From Lysobacterales bacterium (GTDB lineage: Bacteria > Pseudomonadota > Gammaproteobacteria > Xanthomonadales > SZUA-38), in the NCBI GenBank assembly GCA_965212525.1, contig CBDBVC010000013.1, positions 100,002-164,001 on the forward strand: 64,000 nucleotides of DNA, read 5' to 3'. Below, piece after piece: positions 58,513-64,000 of the stretch (its first letter is position 1; each line of letters starts with the position of its first letter). The position numbers were made by a program, and so were the translations under genes. The notes under the pieces are model-generated. The model saw only the letters and a program-made list of their open reading frames with translations, did not search any database and was not told the DNA's origin.

Positions 58513-58737
58513 TACTCATATCATGTGTTATCCCTACATGCTGCCATGATGTGATTAATTCCAGCTGTGTTGAACCAATCAAGGGCCCACTGACAATAAG
58601 AAGTCCTGGTTTATAGCACATGAAGAATTGATCATAGCTCATCGGTTTATTATTGGATTGAACATGGGTTACCGAATGAATTTCGGTCCGTAATTCAACA
58701 ACAATACAGTTTAATTATCGAGGTCAACAAAACTCAG

Positions 58738-59616
58738 ATGAAAATGACCGGTGCCGGTTCAACGCTGAATCAAAGAGAATTTCTATCATTTACTCAAACC
58801 ACAGACGCCATTTACCGATTGAGTGCTCGTCAATTCTTGAGCATCTTGCTCACAACGATATTTCTGTCTAGTGGAGCTGGTCATGCTGCTTCGCTTTCAT
58901 ACAATCAAATTGACGAAAATCTTCATGAATTGATTCTAACTACGGCGTTTTCATTAGAGGTCCCTCAAGCGCAGAATGCGCTCATTGAGCCGGCACTGCA
59001 GATCTGCAACGGCAGAATGCCCCGGTTTGGAAACTATGAGTTTGAAAGTACTGAACCGGCAGGTACTGCTGATGGTGAGGAATCGTTTGTCTTTACACAG
59101 GAAATCACCTGTACTGATGAACTTGTCACCCAATCTCCAAGAAAACCATTTGAACTCTCTGCCGAGCAAGAGAAGCAGCTGGGAGAAAAGGCGAAACTGT
59201 ATGCGATTGAGTATTTGACAGCCAAGCAAACGGGAAATCTGGATACCGCATACCAGATGCTCTCGTCACAGATGCAACAATTCGTCACGATCAATTCATG
59301 GAAAGAGCAAGAGTCTGAATACTACTCGACCGTTGGTGATGTGACTTCGTATGATGTCTGGCGAACGACTGTGTACAACAACCCTGCAGATTCACCAGAA
59401 CCGGGGCTTTACATCGCCACAGATTATGAAAACCTGCATGAAAATGGCACGATCAGTTGTGGCTATGTGATCTCGTACTTGCCTGAACCCGATGCAACGA
59501 CTCTTGTGGTCATGCGTGAAGAGCGGGGCAACATCAGCACAGAGATATCGAAAAAACTCTCCGCTGAGGAATTGAAGAATGTGCGAAATCAGTTTGGCTG
59601 TAAGCAGGACCCATAA
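58738..59616 (+). CDS. secreted/anchored protein of unknown function (DUF4019-like impression)
   Basis: Hydrophobic anchor FLSILLTTIFLSSGAGHA. The C-terminal half AKLYAIEYLTAKQTGNLDTAYQMLSSQMQQ... resembles NTF2-like DUF4019 proteins, from memory only. Confidence 0.55.
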   Translation: MKMTGAGSTLNQREFLSFTQTTDAIYRLSARQFLSILLTTIFLSSGAGHAASLSYNQIDENLHELILTTAFSLEVPQAQNALIEPALQICNGRMPRFGNYEFESTEPAGTADGEESFVFTQEITCTDELVTQSPRKPFELSAEQEKQLGEKAKLYAIEYLTAKQTGNLDTAYQMLSSQMQQFVTINSWKEQESEYYSTVGDVTSYDVWRTTVYNNPADSPEPGLYIATDYENLHENGTISCGYVISYLPEPDATTLVVMREERGNISTEISKKLSAEELKNVRNQFGCKQDP

Positions 59617-59619
59617 CAC

Positions 59620-60444
59620 TCAGCAAGCGGGCTGACACCCCGGGCAGCGATACAATTGCCGACTGGCCACGGCCATTTTTTCGATCACCGCATTGCACTG
59701 ATGACAGATCTGGCCGGATCGGCAAAACACGTGATGCCGGTAATCGGACCGTTCCCAGCCCGCTGACTTGAGCTTGTTCGCCCGGACCAGATCATTGGTG
59801 ATGCCACCGGTTTCATATGCCTGCGTGATTATACTGATGATCTGACGCGCCAGCTTTCGGATCCGATGCCCGTTCAGATCGCCTGGACGGATGGCGGGGT
59901 GCAGGCCGGCCGTGAACAGGATTTCTGATCGCAGGTAGTTGCCACAGCCTGCGATAAAACCCTGATCCAGCAACAGGCCACCCAGCGCACGCCGTGCGAA
60001 TTTCGGCTGTTTCAGGTAATCCGTCAGCTCGGCAAGCGAGGGCTGATCCGACAGAATATCGATGCCGGCACGCTTGAGAAACGGCTGATTTTTCAGCTCA
60101 TCGTCCGTCAGCACTTCAATGTCTGACGCGGAGTACAGCAGTGCCGACTGTTCGGCCGTGTGGAATGCCATGCGCAACTGGCGATTGGTATTCGGTTGTC
60201 GGCCAGCCTTGACAAAATACCAGCGGCCGTAGAGCTGGTTGTGTGAGTAGACGGTCAGATTGCAGTCGAATACGGTCAATAGCGATTTACCCTTCGTCCG
60301 AACCTCAATGATGTGGCTGTCTGACAGGGTGTCGTTATACCGAGCCAGGTCCGACCGTGCAAACCAGACGGCCTGCAGTGGTTGATGCAGGACAGTGTCA
60401 GCGAGTTTGTCGGCAACCCGTTTGATTTCCGGACCTTCAGGCAT
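59620..60444 (-). CDS. nei: endonuclease VIII (Nei) DNA glycosylase/AP lyase
   Basis: MPEGPEIKRVADKL, LYSHNQLYGRW, LLYSASDIEVL, LLLDQGFIAGCGNYLRSEILF and the C-terminal zinc finger CHQC...CPGCQ are collinear with E. coli Nei. Confidence 0.9.
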   Translation of the reverse strand: MPEGPEIKRVADKLADTVLHQPLQAVWFARSDLARYNDTLSDSHIIEVRTKGKSLLTVFDCNLTVYSHNQLYGRWYFVKAGRQPNTNRQLRMAFHTAEQSALLYSASDIEVLTDDELKNQPFLKRAGIDILSDQPSLAELTDYLKQPKFARRALGGLLLDQGFIAGCGNYLRSEILFTAGLHPAIRPGDLNGHRIRKLARQIISIITQAYETGGITNDLVRANKLKSAGWERSDYRHHVFCRSGQICHQCNAVIEKMAVASRQLYRCPGCQPAC

Positions 60445-60636
60445 GATTGATGGCTCAGCGATTATTACTCAGCAAGAGTACTCGACGGCTGTGAATACTG
60501 TGTCTCAAAGCCCATACATGTTGTGAACGGGACAGCACATGACCTGGCAACACTGAACAATCAATCAATCCGGTGCATAATTGAACGCTCGGTTTACCCC
60601 GATCACTTATCAGACAAGACTCACAGCAAGCGAAAA

Positions 60637-61230
60637 ATGAAAAACATCGTCGTCAGCATTATCGGACTCTTCCTCTTCTGGCTGGTGTTCCTGCGGGACA
60701 GCAGCGTCAGCTATGGCCCGGGCATCATGGCGCCGGACGAGCCTGTGCAGCAAAAGCTATCCAATGCGATCAGTTTTTCATACGAGGACTACACCATCAC
60801 GCCTCTGGCGACATTCGACATCACGGCGAAGGTGCTGTCTAAATCGAATTACCGCTTTGACCGCGGCGCCGATGTCTCGCCGGTGGACCTGGCACTGGGC
60901 TGGCGCGAGATGTCGGACGAGGCTGTGCTGCAGCATTTTGATATCTCACAGTCGGGACGCTGGTACCGCTGGCGTACCGACGAACTGATCATTCCCAGAA
61001 AGGCGATTCAGGTCAACAGCGCCAACATGCACATGATTCCGGCCGACAGCGCCGTTGAATCGGTGCTGGACGATGTGCGTGAGGGGCATCTGGTTGAAAT
61101 CAGCGGAAAGCTGGTCTGGGTCGATGGGTCTGATGGCTGGAGCTGGAAAAGCTCACTCAAACGTACCGATACGGGTGCAGGTGCCTGTGAACTGATCTAC
61201 GTGGAAGAGATTCGCATACTGGCCCCCTGA
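60637..61230 (+). CDS. membrane-anchored protein of unknown function
   Basis: An N-terminal TM (MKNIVVSIIGLFLFWLVFL) is followed by a soluble domain of about 170 aa with no recognised motif. ATG 60637 is preferred over the listed start. Confidence 0.6.
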   Translation: MKNIVVSIIGLFLFWLVFLRDSSVSYGPGIMAPDEPVQQKLSNAISFSYEDYTITPLATFDITAKVLSKSNYRFDRGADVSPVDLALGWREMSDEAVLQHFDISQSGRWYRWRTDELIIPRKAIQVNSANMHMIPADSAVESVLDDVREGHLVEISGKLVWVDGSDGWSWKSSLKRTDTGAGACELIYVEEIRILAP

Positions 61231-61300
61231 CGATTGCGCATGGGATCGAACAGTCTAGAATGCCAATGATGATTCGAGATGCCATGACTCGGGAGATGCC

Positions 61301-62521
61301 ATGAAACGACGTCAGTTTATCCAGGCCAGCACCAGCGCGCTCATGCTGGGTCTGATGCCCTGGCAAAAAGCGCAATCGGGCCCGTACAGGCTAGAGGGTT
61401 ACATACGAACCAACTGGAGCCGCGACCCCTTTTCATTCGGTTCATATTCCTTTATCGCCAGGGGTGCCAGTCGTCGTGATCACAGGCAGCTGAGCAAGCC
61501 GATTGGTGACCGCCTGTACTTTGCTGGCGAAGCCACCCACCCCGATTACAACAGTACGGTGCACGCGGCGCATGAATCCGGTCTCTATGCGGCTGAAGCC
61601 ATGCTGGAACAGGAACCATCCACGGTGGCTGTCGTCGGTGCCGGCATGAGCGGGCTGACCGCTGCCCATGCGCTCGACCAGGCCGGTGTACGGGTGACTG
61701 TGCTGGAGGCACGCGATCGCACTGGCGGTCGCATGTGGACCGATCACCGTCTCGGCATGCCGCTTGATCTGGGAGCCAGCTGGATTCACGGCATCGACGA
61801 CAATCCGGTTCATGCCCTGGCAAGACAAGCGGGCATGTCCATGCGGGTGACCGAAGAAAAATCCGTCATCCGTGGGCGCGGCGGTCGACTCATCGATTAC
61901 GACGACGCGCCGGACTGGCTCGAGGAAATCACCGAGATCCAGAACAGTTCCGCTGCCAGCCTGTCGCAGATAAACACCCGTGCCTACTGGTGGGATGAGG
62001 ATTACGACGGTGAGGACGTGCTGTTCCCGGGCGGCTATTCCGACGTGTTCAGGGCCCTCGAAGGCGACTATCAGGTGAACCTGTCGACATCAGTGACCGG
62101 TATTCAATACGGTGACGATGAAGTCACACTGACTTTGAATTCGGATCAGACGCAGACCTATGATGCCGTGGTCGTCACCGTACCGCTGGGCGTGCTCAAG
62201 CGTGGTGAGATTCGCTTCGAGCCATCATTACCGGAAAGCAGACTCGAGTCCATTGAACGTCTGGGCATGGGCACGCTGGACAAGGTTTACCTCAAGTTCG
62301 ATACACCTTTCTGGGACAAGGACGCCACCTGGATCGCCACACCGGAAAACGGTCTGCCGCGAGGACAGTTCAACGGCTGGCTCAATCTGTACCATTACAC
62401 CGGTCATCCCGTCATCCTGGCCTTCAATGGTGGCCCAGCCGCGCTGGAACTGTCCTCTCTGTCTGACGAGGCCATTGTCGAGCGAGCCGTTCAGGCCATC
62501 ACGTCGGCATACCATTCCTGA
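61301..62521 (+). CDS. Tat-signal flavin-containing amine oxidase, apparently circularly permuted
   Basis: Twin-arginine signal MKRRQFIQASTSALMLGL. Residues 30-105 carry the normally C-terminal amine-oxidase block (WSRDPFSFGSYSF...DRLYFAGEATHPDYNSTVHAAHESGLYAA). The dinucleotide-binding VAVVGAGMSGLTAAHAL...VLEARDRTGGR follows. The protein then ends where the C-terminal block would normally begin. Confidence 0.8.
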   Translation: MKRRQFIQASTSALMLGLMPWQKAQSGPYRLEGYIRTNWSRDPFSFGSYSFIARGASRRDHRQLSKPIGDRLYFAGEATHPDYNSTVHAAHESGLYAAEAMLEQEPSTVAVVGAGMSGLTAAHALDQAGVRVTVLEARDRTGGRMWTDHRLGMPLDLGASWIHGIDDNPVHALARQAGMSMRVTEEKSVIRGRGGRLIDYDDAPDWLEEITEIQNSSAASLSQINTRAYWWDEDYDGEDVLFPGGYSDVFRALEGDYQVNLSTSVTGIQYGDDEVTLTLNSDQTQTYDAVVVTVPLGVLKRGEIRFEPSLPESRLESIERLGMGTLDKVYLKFDTPFWDKDATWIATPENGLPRGQFNGWLNLYHYTGHPVILAFNGGPAALELSSLSDEAIVERAVQAITSAYHS

Positions 62522-62552
62522 CTGTGGTGAGCTATCTGGATTCGCATCAGAG

Positions 62553-62972
62553 ATGAGACAGGACATTGTCCATATCGCCCTGGTGGTTCGGGATTATGAC
62601 GAAGCTATCGCCTTCTATACGAACAAGCTCAATTTCGAGCTGATCGAGGATATCTATCAGCCGGAACAGGACAAGCGCTGGGTGGTGGTGGCACCGCCCG
62701 GTGGTCAGGGCACCACATTGCTGCTGGCGCGTGCATCGAAACCGGAACAGGAACCGTTTATCGGCGATCAGGCTGGTGGTCGCGTATTCCTGTTTCTCAA
62801 TACCGACGATTTCTGGCGAGACTACCGAGACATGCTCGACAAGGGCATCGAGTTTGTGCGTGAACCGAAGACGGCAGACTACGGTACCGTGGCAGTGTTC
62901 CTCGATCTGTATGGCAATCGCTGGGACCTGCTGCAACTGAATGACGACCATCCCATCGTCAGGCGCCTCTGA
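62553..62972 (+). CDS. VOC (glyoxalase/bleomycin-resistance/dioxygenase) family protein
   Basis: MRQDIVHIALVVRDYDEAIAFYTNKLNFEL... has the typical VOC beta-alpha-beta-beta-beta pattern. The listed 5' extension to 62160 overlaps the amine oxidase and is rejected. Confidence 0.8.
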   Translation: MRQDIVHIALVVRDYDEAIAFYTNKLNFELIEDIYQPEQDKRWVVVAPPGGQGTTLLLARASKPEQEPFIGDQAGGRVFLFLNTDDFWRDYRDMLDKGIEFVREPKTADYGTVAVFLDLYGNRWDLLQLNDDHPIVRRL

Positions 62973-62973
62973 C

Positions 62974-63390
62974 ATGCTGCCACCCATGCCGGCGATGTTC
63001 AGTTCTGTGTTTGATGCGTATCCGGCAAAGGCGCGGGCCATACTGCTGAAGCTACGTGAACTCATCCATCAGGTCGCATCAGATGAAACAGCTGGCCCTG
63101 TCGAGGAGAGCCTGAAATGGGGCGAACCGTCCTTTGCCACCAGCACTGGCAGTCCCATCCGGATGGACTGGAAGGCAAGACAGCCCGAGGTGTGTGGGCT
63201 GTATTTTGTCTGCAGCACCACACTGATCGAGACCTTTCGCGAACTGTTCCCGACCGAAATGAAGTATTCCGGCAACCGGGCCATCGTGCTGCCGATTGAT
63301 GAGTCACTTCCCGAAAAAGAGCTCAGACAATGCATCGCTCTTGCGCTTCGCTATCATTCAGTCAAGCATTTACCCCTGCTTGGCCTCTGA
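62974..63390 (+). CDS. DUF1801 (YdhG-like) domain protein
   Basis: KARAILLKLRELIHQVA...VEESLKWGEPSFAT matches the DUF1801 pattern. The ATG comes 1 nt after the upstream stop. Confidence 0.7.
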   Translation: MLPPMPAMFSSVFDAYPAKARAILLKLRELIHQVASDETAGPVEESLKWGEPSFATSTGSPIRMDWKARQPEVCGLYFVCSTTLIETFRELFPTEMKYSGNRAIVLPIDESLPEKELRQCIALALRYHSVKHLPLLGL

Positions 63391-63453
63391 ACCGGGCGTC
63401 ACCGATTGCTATTAATCTGCTAATCTGAAATCAGGTCTTCACGAGACAGATTC

Positions 63454-63837
63454 ATGAACCAGCGCAATTCTTCACTTCCAGTCGTTATCACCATCCTCGC
63501 AGCCTACGGTCTGTTGCTGAGCCTGTTCATCGCGGCGCGTGGCCTGGCACACAGCTATGCCCACTGGGTTGAAGGCGTCAGCCTTGCAGACATGCCTGCG
63601 CTTACCACGCTGGCCCTGCCCTTCATTGGCCTTGATGGCAAGCTGGCCTGGCTTTCATCTGTGGTCTGGATCGTGCTGGCACTCTGGCCGGGGTTTGCCT
63701 GGTTTCAGTACTGGCGATCTGATAGTGAAACAGCCGCATCGACTCTCAATCATCTCCTGCTGGCCTGGCTGATGCTGCTGCTGACGCTGGCGATATGGCT
63801 CATCATCGGTCTGTTCCTGCCGTTCTCGCTGCTCTGA
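63454..63837 (+). CDS. small membrane protein (4 TM), unknown function
   Basis: 127 aa of strongly hydrophobic segments, with no recognisable family. Confidence 0.55.
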   Translation: MNQRNSSLPVVITILAAYGLLLSLFIAARGLAHSYAHWVEGVSLADMPALTTLALPFIGLDGKLAWLSSVVWIVLALWPGFAWFQYWRSDSETAASTLNHLLLAWLMLLLTLAIWLIIGLFLPFSLL

Positions 63838-63917
63838 TCAGACTGTTTCAGCGTTATTGCATCCTGTTACATTCGGTTACAGGAATTTAACGCAAGTCAA
63901 ACACCGTCGAACGTAGC

Positions 63918-64000
63918 ATGAATCGCAAACAAGCCCCTGGAGTGCGTTCCATGTTCAGACAATCATTTCCTGCAATCCTGTTTCTTGGTCTCCTTTCGCA
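63918..64000 (+). CDS. 5' end of a secreted-protein gene (truncated by the window end)
   Basis: The open frame MNRKQAPGVRSMFRQSFPAILFLGLLS... looks like a signal peptide. Only 27 codons are visible. Confidence 0.35.
   Translation, partial: MNRKQAPGVRSMFRQSFPAILFLGLLS

Noticed and set aside
62160-62552. The 5' extension of the VOC-protein ORF, which overlaps the amine oxidase gene.
   Set aside because: The extension lies in an alternative frame of a well-supported gene and is Ser/Pro/Arg-rich. The VOC fold starts at MRQDIVHIALVV (ATG 62553).
1-64000. Search for CRISPR arrays, tRNA/rRNA genes, IS elements, prophage, toxin-antitoxin or known anti-phage defence modules.
   Set aside because: No regularly spaced direct repeats, no cloverleaf-like or rRNA-like stretches, and no transposase, integrase, nuclease-helicase or defence-type gene sets were recognisable. 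The macro-domain gene and recQ are stand-alone and lack defence-system partners. The scan was by eye, so small RNAs could have been missed.

Overview
64-kb chromosomal segment of a Gram-negative genome that looks gammaproteobacterial. That call is an inference from a Pseudomonas-type LipA/Lif lipase-foldase pair, tesB, recQ, nei and paa genes; GC is visibly in the mid-50s percent. I call about 55 protein-coding genes, densely packed on both strands. I found no rRNA, tRNA, CRISPR array, transposase, integrase or phage genes by eye. Content from left to right: (1) housekeeping and miscellaneous genes: M14-like peptidase fragment, tesB, alpha/beta hydrolase, recQ, three beta-lactamase-family serine hydrolases, a TPR-GGDEF diguanylate cyclase, a macro-domain protein, an AraC regulator, a MATE pump. 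(2) An ECF sigma factor and Ser/Thr kinase pair, divergent from a 918-aa ELWxxDGT-repeat/Calx-beta/DUF11 surface protein. (3) A Bacteroides-style hybrid two-component sensor (beta-propeller, Y_Y_Y, HisKA, HATPase, REC, AraC-HTH). It lies directly beside a roughly 9-kb island of secreted hydrolases (M23-like peptidase, metzincin with two PPC-like domains, LipA lipase plus Lif foldase). (4) A beta-helix protein, a cupin, tandem DUF2157-like membrane proteins and a transglutaminase-like TPR lipoprotein. (5) A partial phenylacetate (paa) lower-pathway cluster: paaZ and paaY divergent from paaFGHJ. (6) nei, a Tat-signal flavin amine oxidase, and VOC and DUF1801 proteins. Most noteworthy observations: the hydrolase island is bracketed by two inverted paralogous genes of an unrecognised secreted-protein family. 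Four genes in and around it carry a shared TTTCWGTCC...GATCAC upstream element, suggesting an undescribed regulon possibly tied to the adjacent hybrid sensor. The amine oxidase appears circularly permuted. An unassigned roughly 140-aa C-terminal domain is shared by two otherwise unrelated secreted proteins. Four genes are each broken by a shift that needs the same +1 correction. All family assignments come from motif recognition by eye, since no searches could be run.
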